Sequence record: PP596839.1
Strand: one strand, 5' to 3'
Origin: Pseudomonas phage WP1
Length of the DNA: 64,000 nt
Shown piece after piece: positions 54,114 to 63,771 of the stretch (within the stretch, counting starts at the first letter, position 1; the number at the start of each line of letters is the position of its first letter). A program made the position numbers and the translations under genes. Below the pieces are notes generated by a model. It did not search any database. It saw only the letters and a program-made list of their open reading frames with translations, and was not told the origin of the DNA.

Positions 54114-55230
54114 AATCTGCTCATCTACCAGTAGGGTGACGAAATGGCAAGCATCAGGTATGGATCGCCATCGCTTTCCTTTGTACTGGCGATGGCTGTG
54201 TCCAGATGCCGGATCATGCCAGTAGGTCGGTTCGACAGGCAGGGCCAGTGCGAAGACGTCATGTGAAGAGCGATTGATAAGATGTGGGAGCGACATCAGC
54301 TGGTTGTTCGGGCCGTTTGTACGCCTTATTTCCTCAGCAGTACAGAAGTTCCCGGCTTTTACAGTCCGCCGCCCCAGCCGCTGATTGGTCTGAACCACTG
54401 CGCTGGGATATTTGGATTCGCGGCGGCAGCATCCCGTCTTATGAGCCGGGAAGGGGTTGGAGCGAATGAAGCCGCGCCGACCGGAAGTGCGGGTCAGTCT
54501 GGAAACTGCCCTGTGGATGTCGACATCCGCTGCGCTGCTCGCGGCGATAATCTCTAGCGCGGTTTTCCCGCCCTCGACGATTCAGTGTCCGGAAGAAAGA
54601 CCGCCTGCGGCCGAGCGTTTCCACCATCCGGAAAATAGTAGGTTCTTTCCTCACACAGAAAGGATAGTGAGTATGAAATATGTAGTGATGAAGATGACGG
54701 TCCGGGGAATGTCTCATTAAGTTCCCGTAATCTTCCCCGACTTAATCAGTCACGTCAGCATGGCCGCGAGTGCGTTGGTGGCCCTCGACGCCGAATGCGA
54801 AGGCTTCAGAAGGCTGGCGATAAAGTTGACATCAGGTGGTGTCGGCAGGCTTTCTGTCTTCCATGGATATTAATGGAAATTGCAACGGCCAGTCGGATTC
54901 GTTGAACGGTTTGAAGTCGAGAGAATCGGTGGATGACGAACTCATTCGCATTATCGACTACACTCATGGTTACGTCGGTTAAGGCTCGCTGCCTTTCCTG
55001 CGACAGGCGAGCTGTCCTGGACGAACGAAAACTGAAGTCGAAGCGCCCACCAGGATTGTAGGTGGTGTGGAGGATCGACATGGCGAATCGTCAGGTAAGT
55101 TACTTGTTACGGTTCGTGCAGGCATTATCCCCATGGGCAGGATCGGTCGGATGCATGCTCGACCGCTCAGGCTGAGCAGTAGTCGTTGAGCTTCCTGGAG
55201 CCTCAGGCCATTTCCCTTTCTGAGGTGAAT

Positions 55231-55577
55231 ATGGCTACTAAGGCCGATTTGGAATTGGAAGTTCAGCAGCTTCGACGAGTAGTCAGTCTCGCGAATTCGA
55301 AATTGAAGAGTTGCAGGGCCGACTGAGGCGCCATTGTGATATTATTCGCCGGGTCCGACTCTATCTTTGGAGCCGTTTGTTGATCCATCGCCGGACCGCC
55401 GAAACCCTGGAAGTCGGCGACAGGATCGCCAGGACCATCGCGACGAAGCGTCACAGGGTCGCTAACGACGTTCTTGGAATCATCCAGGATCTTAATGACT
55501 ACTGCGACAGTGATGCTGAGTACGACTACAACGACGGCGCTGAGCATGGATTCAAGATCAGCAGTGACATTTATTGA
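55231..55577 (+). CDS. small coiled-coil protein, one frame break
   Basis: GAGGTG RBS; MATKADLELEVQQLRRVVS… then …EFEIEELQGRLRRHCDIIRRV…. Confidence 0.4.
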
Positions 55578-55679
55578 TCGTCAGGAACCCGACGAACGGT
55601 AGTGCGAAAGTGCTACCGCGTTTCCATTTATGGAGTATAGTCAGCCCATTGAAACGAACTTTCCAGCAGGAGAATCGAT

Positions 55680-56347
55680 ATGAACGCAGTAGCCACCTTC
55701 AGCGGTTTCGACGATCTGGAATCCGAAATTGGATCCATCGAAATCTCGTCCGAAAAGCCCGCCACCTGGAAGATGCGTCCATGGGTGCCAGTAGAATCCA
55801 TTCAGAGCGGTCAGGATGTACCGCGAAAAATGCATTAAGTGCGCAGGGACTGGAATATATCGCGGACCTTCCTCCTATGGGTACCAGTGCTTTGCCTGCG
55901 GCGGCGTCGGCTACAAAGAGTACAGGGCCAGCCCCGAAGCATGTGCCAGGAGCCGGTCGAAGGCGGCTGAGAAGCGCCAGGAGGAACGCATGTCGGCCTT
56001 TGAGGCAGAACAGGCCAGGATCGCCAGGTTCGAGCAGGATCACCCGGACATCATTGAATGGTGGAGCGACAGCAGTTTCAGTTTCGCCTGCAGCCTTTGC
56101 GATTCGCTGTATCAGTGGGGTTGCCTGTCCGATAACCAGGTTGCCGCCGCGAAACGCGCCATTGAGAGTCTGGCTCAGTATCGCGAAGAGCAGGAAGGTG
56201 AAAGTCGAGGCTCTTCCGACCCTGGACATTTCCGGCATCGAAGAGGCTTTCGATAAGGCCAGAAATTCCGGCATCAGTAGCCTGAAGCTGCGCCTGGCCG
56301 GCGAAGGCGAAGACCCGTTGCTTGTGGTGATCAGTAAGCTAGCGTAA
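55680..56347 (+). CDS. DnaJ-type CxxCxGxG zinc-finger protein (about 222 aa), two frame breaks
   Basis: GGAG RBS; CIKCAGTG and CFACGGVG repeats. Confidence 0.45.
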
Positions 56348-56367
56348 ACAGCCGCAGTTACGGAAGC

Positions 56368-56609
56368 TTGTACGTCATCGGCGATGTGTACCTGGGCAGG
56401 ATCACTGGCGGCAGGTTCATCAGTAGCCGCGACTGCACCGACACTGAGAACGAAGAGATTCTGAAGATGTTCGAAAGGCCAGTGGAATCGGCAGTCGCCT
56501 ACGGTCGGAAGACTGGTCAGTGCTCCTGCTGCGGTCGCGAGTTGACCAGCCAATGGCATCCATTGAAATGGGAATCGGCCCTATCTGCGCCGGAAAGTTC
56601 TTCGGATGA
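56368..56609 (+). CDS. Cys-rich small protein (CSCCGRELT…GIGPICAGKFFG), one frame break
   Basis: motif becomes contiguous with one-nt shift at 56560. Confidence 0.4.
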
Positions 56610-57319
56610 TCCATCTTACAGTCAAAGTCATGGCCTGGTTCGCCCTTCTATGGGCGACCGGCTTGGCCCTCATGGCCTCTGCCATCCACTTCTGCTACTG
56701 AGGATTATCCATGGATACCGTCGCTGATCCGATGAAGGACAGAATCACGCTGCATTGGCCTGGGCTTCATCCAGGTCCAGCTTCCGGCAGGCCCGCCTCC
56801 GATGCATGGCATTCCGGAGCTGCCGCGCCGGATTTGCTTCCATCACTCTTCCATCCATGATCATCGATTCGATTTCGAGTCCTTGGTTCTGGTTGGGTCT
56901 ATGGAGAACATGAACTATTACGTTGACCGTTCGGCGCGCCTCTGTGAATTGACTCATTAAGGGTATGAGCACTCTTCGGCTCGCCAGGCCTGTGGCGGTC
57001 GCGGTTGGGAGCCTGTAGGCTCTGTATGCCTGCGCCAGAGGCAAGAATTCATCATCGGCGCCGGACAGCAGTACTCGATGTCGGCTTATGTCCCTCACAG
57101 GACGAATCCGCTCGGTGACGGTCGCGTGGCCACTCTCATTCGAAAGGGCGCCGTTCACAAATGGCCGGCCATTTCCTATGTGACCCTGGGAGTCGATCCT
57201 GAAACCGACTTCGACCGTTATCAATTGGTCGGCTCCGACGCTCTGGGAAGTCGTCACTGATGTCCTCGGCGGCGCCGAGTTCCAGGTCCCATCCATTCCT
57301 TGACCGAAGGAACCAAAAA

Positions 57320-57755
57320 ATGAAGAAATTCTGCATCGACATCACCAGTGGTCTGGCCGGCTTCATCACCTGGGGCGGCGCCATTGTCCTGGCGGCTTCC
57401 GTCTTAATCATTGGTCCGCTGGCCATCCTTCTGACCGGAGCCTGGGTCGTCTGCATGGCCGTAGTGTTCGCGCTCTGGTTCGCCGTCGCCGGCATCCATG
57501 AAGAGTCGCAGGCAGGCCGAATATTTGAAATCCATGGCGTCCCTCCAGGCTCGCGAGCGCGGCACCGGCTTTCACCCAGGAGACGCCGGGCCAAGCGCCA
57601 GCACTCCGGCGAATCCGGTAGAGCCAGGACTCAGCCACCCCGAGCTGAAGCCTGGCGCAGGGTTGGCCTCTGCAGTTGTGTTCTTCGCAGTGATCGTCGT
57701 TGTCCTGGCCGCGGGCGACTGGATCTGGAACTATTTCCAGGCTCTTCCGAAATAA
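57320..57755 (+). CDS. membrane protein with three TM helices (holin-like architecture), one frame break
   Basis: MKKFCIDITSGLAGFITWGGAIVLAASVLIIGPLAILLTGAWVVCMAVVFALWFAVAGI… and C-terminal GLASAVVFFAVIVVVLAAG. Confidence 0.45.
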
Positions 57756-57765
57756 TGGAAGAAAA

Positions 57766-57818
57766 TGCTTTACTTCCACTCTGGATGAAGGCAGGATAGC
57801 TCCATCGAAACGCGAAAC
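57766..57818 (+). promoter_or_regulatory. promoter TGCTTTACTTC… plus conserved leader CATCGAAACGCGAAAC (copy B; -10 poorly conserved)
   Basis: -35 TTTACT 57769-57774; leader 57803-57818. Confidence 0.4.
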
Positions 57819-57840
57819 CTTCAAGCAAAAGGAACCGACC

Positions 57841-58527
57841 ATTACCGACCAGGACGAATTCACTCCTGAAGCCATTGAGAAGGCGAAAGATCGCATTCGC
57901 AAGCTGACCGCAGTGGCGGCCGACTCGTCCAGTCCGCATGAAGCGGCCATCGCGGCCGAGCGGGTGAAGAAGTTAAAGGACAGGTATGATCTTCATGACT
58001 TCGAAGCGACCGGCGAGATTCGCGAAGAATTCGACGAGCAGGTTGCTACTCGTTACTATTCCGCAGTCCCGAACTGGATGAAGTTCTTCTCGGTGGCCGT
58101 GGCGACGTACAGTGATTGCATCATGGATTTCGTCGGCGGCATCAGCAATTATCGAGCATTGGCTAAGGCGTCCAGGAGCGCTCGCGACGGCAGCACCACC
58201 AAGCGCTGGGGTTATGCCGTTTGATTTAAAGGCTACAGGTCTGACGTTGAGCTGGCGGTAAACATGTTCAGCTCCCTGGTCGATGCAGTAGACCGTCTGT
58301 GCCGGGAATATCAGGAGGCTCAAGGTTTCGAGCGGTTCAGCGTCAAGGTCGCCGCGCAGTTTAAGCTCGCTGCGACCCAGGAAATCAGCGATCGCCTCCA
58401 GTCCATTACCCGGAAACGTATGGAGCTGGTTTCTTCGGCCGGAACGTCTCTGGTGGTGGTTAAGGAAGCTGCGGTCCACGGCATTTCGGCGATCCGGGTT
58501 ACAAGAAGTCGAATGTTACCAAGCTGA
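57841..58527 (+). CDS. DUF2786-like protein (…SSPHEAAIAAERVKKLKDRYDL…), uncertain start (ATT at 57841), frame break near 58224
   Basis: ORFs 57700-58224 and 58264-58527 in adjacent frames; N-terminal helix motif typical of DUF2786 family. Confidence 0.4.
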
Positions 58528-58643
58528 TTGCGTCTGGACGACAGTGACGGTCGGCGCGCCTACACTGCCGGGACCAGTGCTGGTCGCAGCATGGAAATCG
58601 TTCGGTCGGTGGAGGATTAACCATTGGTCTTCCTAGCGACAAG

Positions 58644-59039
58644 GTGATGCTGCGAATCGTCCAGTCCATCCTCGCGATCCTCATCGGGATCGCTTGGGCC
58701 TGCGCCGACTATGGAGTCGTGGCCGCCGAACTTCCGCCATCGTTGCAGGCCCATCCCGCGAGGCGAGGGCACAGCGAAGTCTCGGCCCGCGACCCTAGGT
58801 TGGTCGAGGCCGAAAAAGCGCGGGAAGAGGCCTTAGAATATGTCCTTTCGCTGCGCCCGGAAGTTATCGAGGCGAAAGCCCGCTTCGCGGCCGAGGCGGC
58901 GCAGCAAGGAATGTCCACTAAGAAGTATGCTGAGGTGCAGGGCCAGGCCAGGATTCTCACAGGAATGCTATTGGCGTTTGCAGCATTTCTGTTCATTTTC
59001 AGGACCATGCTACCCAGGCCTTTGAATAGGCCTGGGTAG
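58644..59039 (+). CDS. membrane protein (N- and C-terminal TM helices)
   Basis: 131-aa clean ORF. Confidence 0.45.
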   Translation: MMLRIVQSILAILIGIAWACADYGVVAAELPPSLQAHPARRGHSEVSARDPRLVEAEKAREEALEYVLSLRPEVIEAKARFAAEAAQQGMSTKKYAEVQGQARILTGMLLAFAAFLFIFRTMLPRPLNRPG

Positions 59040-59100
59040 ACCACAAACCCCAGCCAGAGGTAGAATCACCATTAAGAAAGAACCGATTCACCTCAGCTCG

Positions 59101-59421
59101 ATGGCCTCGGCCCGCGCTATCGATGCGGAATTCGCATTCCGGATGGACGAGTTCATGGCGCGTGTAGCGAAAGAGCACGAAGCGCTCGCCGCTCGCCTGA
59201 ATGCCGAGAATGAAGCGCTCTGGGGCGAAATCCGCGCTGTCGCCGGCCTGAGCGCCATCGACTTCCCGAACATCGCCATGGCGCATGACAATTCCGATGG
59301 GAAGCTCTATGTCATGGACGCCGACGAGTTGGAGCGCGTCCGCCAGTCCTGCCCGTGCCCGGACTGCGCATCCGCTCGCGCAGGAAGAATGCCGTCGCAG
59401 GCCAGTGGAGGGATTCATTAA
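59101..59421 (+). CDS. hypothetical protein (106 aa, CPCPDC motif)
   Basis: clean ORF; TAATG coupling. Confidence 0.45.
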   Translation: MASARAIDAEFAFRMDEFMARVAKEHEALAARLNAENEALWGEIRAVAGLSAIDFPNIAMAHDNSDGKLYVMDADELERVRQSCPCPDCASARAGRMPSQASGGIH

Positions 59422-59639
59422 TGGCTCTGAAGCTATCTTCCGTTCACGTTCGAATCGACGGACCTGACGGAAAAGTTCTGTCGGAAGGCCGCGCAGAGTT
59501 CTCCGGGACGGCCTTCTGGATCGCCGCGCAACGCGAAATGCAGCTCAGGCACCTCGTCGGAACTTCATTTGAAGGTGCCCTTACCTATTTGGCCGACAAC
59601 GGCTATAACGTAACATTCAGGAAAGGTGAAAAGCGATGA
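59421..59639 (+). CDS. hypothetical protein (72 aa)
   Basis: coupled start. Confidence 0.45.
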   Translation: MALKLSSVHVRIDGPDGKVLSEGRAEFSGTAFWIAAQREMQLRHLVGTSFEGALTYLADNGYNVTFRKGEKR

Positions 59640-60020
59640 TCGAAAGACACATCGTGGATGCGGAAGTCGTCGAGCGGATTCGTTCTCTTCGCCATGCGAC
59701 TCAGCGTCCTGGACGAAACCCTGCAACGGGCCGTCGACATGGCGATGCTCAGTCACCAGAAATCTCTGCAAGACCTTCGAACCTATGAAGCTCAACCCTG
59801 GGATGCGCTCAACGCCCGTTACGGCCTGTCCGTCGAGAAGACTTATGACCTGCGTTTCGAGGGCGAAGAAGCCGTGCTGGTCGAGGTGCCGCCCGGCGAC
59901 GGACAGGGCGATGACTTCATCGTCGAGTCGGAAACCGAAGCGCTCGCAGCAGGCCAGAAAGACCTGGAAGTCGGCGAGGCCGTTGCGTCGACACTCAGCG
60001 CCAGGAACCGCAACGAGTAA
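59636..60020 (+). CDS. hypothetical acidic protein, one frame break
   Basis: ATGA coupling; ends 7 nt before terminator. Confidence 0.4.
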
Positions 60021-60026
60021 TACCAG

Positions 60027-60058
60027 GAGCCCGGATCGCTCCGGGCTTTTCTGTGTTT
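60027..60058. terminator. terminator hairpin GAGCCCGGA TCGC TCCGGGCTT + T-run between convergent genes
   Basis: 9-bp stem, tetraloop, TTTTCTGTGTTT; terL stop immediately follows on the other strand. Confidence 0.55.
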
Positions 60059-61507
60059 AGAAGTCGAAGAAACCTTTGGGCTTCCTGATCGGCAGGAATG
60101 GCCGACATGATCACCGAATCAGCGATGTTCGGCGACTTGATCTTGCGCTTCTCGCGCATATCCTTCTTGGACTCGACTTTGAATCGGCCGTTCATGTCCA
60201 AGTCTTTGCGCGGCGAGGAAAGTTCGATACACTAGCTGATTTAGTTTGTCCGGGTGAATCGTTTCAGAGCTGATCGAAATCAATTCGTCGAATGGATAGA
60301 CCTTTCCATGGACAACCGCCTCGTAAGTCTTCCGGAACCTTGTCGCGACTTCTTCCCACTTTTGCGCCTTGATGTTGCTAAAGTGATCTTTGTTCTTGAT
60401 CGTGAGTGTGCGGCAGCTTCATGTAAATATCATCAGGCTTATCTACAGCGCCGCCTGCGTTGAATGGATCATAGGTCAGTCTGAAGCCTGGGCTGGAGTC
60501 ATTCAGTTCCTGCGAACTTCGACCCGACGTGAGCGCCGACGCCGATTGAGTCATAAGTGACCGAGGCGCCTTTCACCTTCGCCAGGTTGTAAACGCGACT
60601 GGACGACTTGAGCAACTCATCTTCCAGACCATCCCATTCGTCGACTTCCATGATGACGTTGCCGTGCATTAGAGTCGTGGCGTTCGCATCCTCGCCGTCA
60701 TCCGCAACGTCGAAGCCGATGCGCTTCGACCCGGCCGGCTCCCAGCCGAGTTTTTTGTGGGCATCAATGGCAGCGAGGATGAACTTGAGGTTGATGACGG
60801 ACCTGTCGCCGCCCGTCTTCGGAATCCCTCCATGGACGTGCTCAGCCTGGTCCTTGTCGCGCTCATAAGCTTCGATGGATGACCTTGAGCATCGTCTCAC
60901 TGAGAAACGGATTTTCGTTCCAGCTGATCATCCTGACGAAGGCGTCTTTTGGTGGCTTCACCACGAAGTTCTGATAAACGAAGCCTGTTACTTCGTTCGG
61001 GTTGAAGATGATCCAGATTCCTGAGTTCTCTTTCCGAATGGTCGGCTCAATGACTTCCCACTGTTCCTGGGTAAGGTAGTGCGCTTCCTCAAGCCAGAGA
61101 ATGTCAATGCCTTCGGTGGACTTGATTTCCGACAGGTTACGGGCGATCCCATAGAATAAGAATTCTGATCCTGTCCTCTTGTGCTTGATCGAGTTCTTCG
61201 TGAAAATGAACTCGCCGTTGTACTCAGAATTCTCAATCCTGTCCTTGATCAACGTGTAGACCGATTCGCTGATGCGGTTCTGAAACTGGCGAGCACAGAG
61301 GAACTGAGTCTATCAGCTGGCCGCGAGGTAAACGGCGATACCGCCTGCGTCGTGTGACTTCGAAGACGCCCGGCCGCCATGAATGACCCTGTAACGGGCG
61401 CGAGTTCGCCAGACCGCTCGCAATCGCAGGCTGAGCCTGTACATTCTAATCAATCCGGTGTCAGCAATAGGTCGAGTATATCGACGCCGCAACAGACGGT
61501 CGAGCAC
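60057..61507 (-). CDS. terL: terminase large subunit (Walker A GGRASSKS, Walker B ILWLEE, C-terminal nuclease [21 protein letters not shown]), about 3 frame breaks
   Basis: motifs in canonical order over ORFs 61313-61507, 60863-61252, 60499-60900. Confidence 0.7.
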
Positions 61508-61545
61508 AACCGTTCGTCGGTGAACATAATTTTACTGTTAATACA

Positions 61546-61596
61546 CTTTACTTCCATTCTGAATAGCGTCATAATCTCTTCATCGAAACGCGAAAC
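61546..61596 (+). promoter_or_regulatory. promoter CACTTTACTTC-17-CATAAT plus conserved leader CATCGAAACGCGAAAC (copy C)
   Basis: -35 61547-61552, -10 61570-61575, leader 61581-61596, ATG 61621. Confidence 0.5.
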
Positions 61597-61620
61597 ACTC
61601 CAAAACAGAGGAACGCAGAA

Positions 61621-61767
61621 ATGACCAAATCCCAGATCAACGATCAAATCCGCTCCGCCAAGATCGCCATCAGCGAGGCAGAAATGGAAGGCCTGCGCGG
61701 CCAGGCCATGATCGCCCTGAAAGCTAAGCTGACCACCCTCAAAGCTCAGTACAAACTCGCCAAATAA
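61621..61767 (+). CDS. small helical protein (48 aa)
   Basis: GAGGAA RBS; MTKSQINDQIRSAKIAISEAEMEGLRGQAMIALKAKLTTLKAQYKLAK. Confidence 0.4.
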   Translation: MTKSQINDQIRSAKIAISEAEMEGLRGQAMIALKAKLTTLKAQYKLAK

Positions 61768-61777
61768 GGGGCCAGAA

Positions 61778-62080
61778 ATGACTAAGCAGATCAATATCGG
61801 CGTCAGCAACTTCGACGAAGTTTTCATCCAGCACATAATCGGCGGCGGTTTCCTCTTCGATGTCGACGACCATGAAGTCACAGACCGCATCCTCCTGAAC
61901 GTGGATGGCGAACCGGCTATCCAGTTCGAACTGAATGCCGAACTGTGGAACGAAGAGACTCTGGGCATTCCGATGGACATCGACAGTGACGAGTTCGCCG
62001 ATGAGCTTCAAGACTGGGTCGAGTCTAAGGTTAATTTCGCCTTCGAAGAGTGGCTGAGCGCGGACGAAGGCGAAGAGTAA
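61778..62080 (+). CDS. highly acidic 100-aa protein (DNA-mimic / anti-restriction-like composition)
   Basis: clean ORF; about 30 percent D/E, ends ADEGEE. Confidence 0.5.
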   Translation: MTKQINIGVSNFDEVFIQHIIGGGFLFDVDDHEVTDRILLNVDGEPAIQFELNAELWNEETLGIPMDIDSDEFADELQDWVESKVNFAFEEWLSADEGEE

Positions 62081-62127
62081 TCATCAGGCGCGGCCGGCTG
62101 GTCGCGCCATTCACAGGAGAATTGTCG

Positions 62128-62340
62128 ATGTCCAAGCTAATCCCTTTCAACAGCATCGACGGTGAAGTCAAATTCGAACTGGAAGTCGCTGACGGGACGA
62201 AAATCGTCCTCATTGACGTAAGCGTCAGCGCCTCCCAGTTTCGGAAGTTCTGGCCTCTAGCAGACAGCCTCTGCTGGCACGAAGAGAATGCAGAGTTCGT
62301 TCCTCGATACAAGTCTTCTTACTTGCAGGGCGCCGACTGA
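62128..62340 (+). CDS. hypothetical protein (70 aa)
   Basis: internal ATG of ORF 62050-62340 with upstream GGAG. Confidence 0.45.
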   Translation: MSKLIPFNSIDGEVKFELEVADGTKIVLIDVSVSASQFRKFWPLADSLCWHEENAEFVPRYKSSYLQGAD

Positions 62341-63046
62341 GCTGTCCAACAGGGCAATCTTAGCGTTCGCCGCTGGGCAGTATTACCTGCGGGCCGATCA
62401 GGGACGTAAAGACGAATCCGAAGGTGTGACTTCTGACGAAAGCCTGATGGCCATGGAGCTTGATCGGGAGAACTCGCGCCTGGACGAATGCCTGCAAAAC
62501 TCCATCGCTCGCGAAGACAAGACGGCCGAGGTGAATCGCCAGCTTCAACTCAGAATCAGAGATCTGGAGGCTGAAGTCGAAACGAAGAACTCTGCCATAA
62601 AGGGTCACCAAAGAAGAATCGACGAACTGCTGAAGCACTCGCAGAACCTGTCCGCGCAGAACGTCGAATTTTCGCTGGAGCTGGAGTCCAAGAAGACTCT
62701 CCTGGAAGCACTCGACAAGAGCCTGGAAACCCTAATGGCCGACAAAGACAGGCTCGAAACAGCAGCGAAATCGGCCATCGACCTGGAAAACAAAGCTGTC
62801 GAAACGAATAGCCAGCTCGCCCTTCGAATCCGCGACCTGGAGGCCGAGCTGGCGTCCCAAAAGGCGCTCCGGGAAGAGCCTGACAGAAGCCTGGACGGAA
62901 GCATCGCCAATGCCAACAACCAGTACAAGCTCGCTTGCGAAGCGCGCGAAGCACTGTCGCAGGCGCGCGAGGATGCCGAGTTCTATCGCATCGGCATGCA
63001 AAGGATCGCGGAAATTGCGAACCGCAAACCTTTCGAGGACTGCTGA
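62288..63046 (+). CDS. coiled-coil protein with internal repeat (NRQLQLRIRDLEAEVE / NSQLALRIRDLEAELA); alternative start 62447
   Basis: 252-aa ORF, heptad-rich. Confidence 0.45.
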   Translation: MQSSFLDTSLLTCRAPTELSNRAILAFAAGQYYLRADQGRKDESEGVTSDESLMAMELDRENSRLDECLQNSIAREDKTAEVNRQLQLRIRDLEAEVETKNSAIKGHQRRIDELLKHSQNLSAQNVEFSLELESKKTLLEALDKSLETLMADKDRLETAAKSAIDLENKAVETNSQLALRIRDLEAELASQKALREEPDRSLDGSIANANNQYKLACEAREALSQAREDAEFYRIGMQRIAEIANRKPFEDC

Positions 63047-63251
63047 TCGTGCAGGAATATTGCCTGTACCATATCCCTCGGCCCGGAACGCTCCAGTTCG
63101 AATTCGAACGGACTGCCAGTTCCAAACTCGGCATCAATGACGGCTGCCTGTCCTGTCATCCGATGGCGAGCGCTACCTGAACGATCACGCTGACTGGCCC
63201 TGGCGACAGTTCCTGGCTTCCAGAAATTTCAGATAATTCTCTCAAAATTGC

Positions 63252-63301
63252 TTTACTCGATGAGGTGGCTGAGGTATAGTCACCTCATCGAAACGCGAAA
63301 C
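63252..63301 (+). promoter_or_regulatory. promoter TGCTTTACTCG-17-TATAGT plus conserved leader (copy D) embedded in 10-bp inverted repeat CGATGAGGTG / CACCTCATCG
   Basis: -35 63252-63257, -10 63275-63280, leader 63286-63301, ATG 63323. Confidence 0.5.
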
Positions 63302-63322
63302 GCTCAAAAAGAGGATTGCGAA

Positions 63323-63771
63323 ATGACCAGCTCCAAATGGAACATCGGCAGAAACGACACCATTGCAGTCGAGGCCGTAAACAGCCGCGAAGATTTCCGC
63401 TGGAATGGCAAGATTCGCGTTATTCACTACAGCGCCGGCCAAATCGTCAACATCATCGAGTTCTATCACCACGACCTGGACTGGGCGATCAAGAATTTCG
63501 GCATCAAGCTGAAGGCTATCTCCAAAGGCCTGGAAATACTCCACACCTGCTACTTCGGGAAGGTATGTCAAGTGATCGTCCAACTCGATTCCCAAGAAGA
63601 GAAAATCATCAGCCTGAGAACTCTGTCCAAGTATCGTCGCGCCGGTGGCAAGTTCGCGCCGATGGACGGGACTCAGACCGGTCCTGGGGTCCAGTCGACA
63701 ACGCGCTCTGGGCGAAGTTCGAAGCCGAAGCCAGGGCAGAATACATCCGCAAACAGGAGCGTAAAGCATGA
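63323..63771 (+). CDS. hypothetical protein (about 150 aa), one frame break near 63690
   Basis: MTSSKWNIGRNDTIAVEAVNSREDFRWNGKIRVIHYSAGQIV… then …NALWAKFEAEARAEYIRKQERKA*. Confidence 0.5.

Noticed and set aside
53679-54398. 239-aa minus-strand ORF in the portal-terL gap
   Set aside because: His/Phe/Val/Arg-rich composition typical of antisense or GC-driven spurious ORFs. No motif, no RBS.
55699-56559. 286-aa minus-strand ORF
   Set aside because: Antisense shadow of the plus-strand zinc-finger and Cys-rich genes; Ala/Leu/Arg-rich with no domain signature.
61450-61980. 176-aa minus-strand ORF upstream of terL
   Set aside because: Antisense to promoter copy C and the two small early genes. 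Cannot be a small terminase, having no helix-turn-helix or oligomerisation features.
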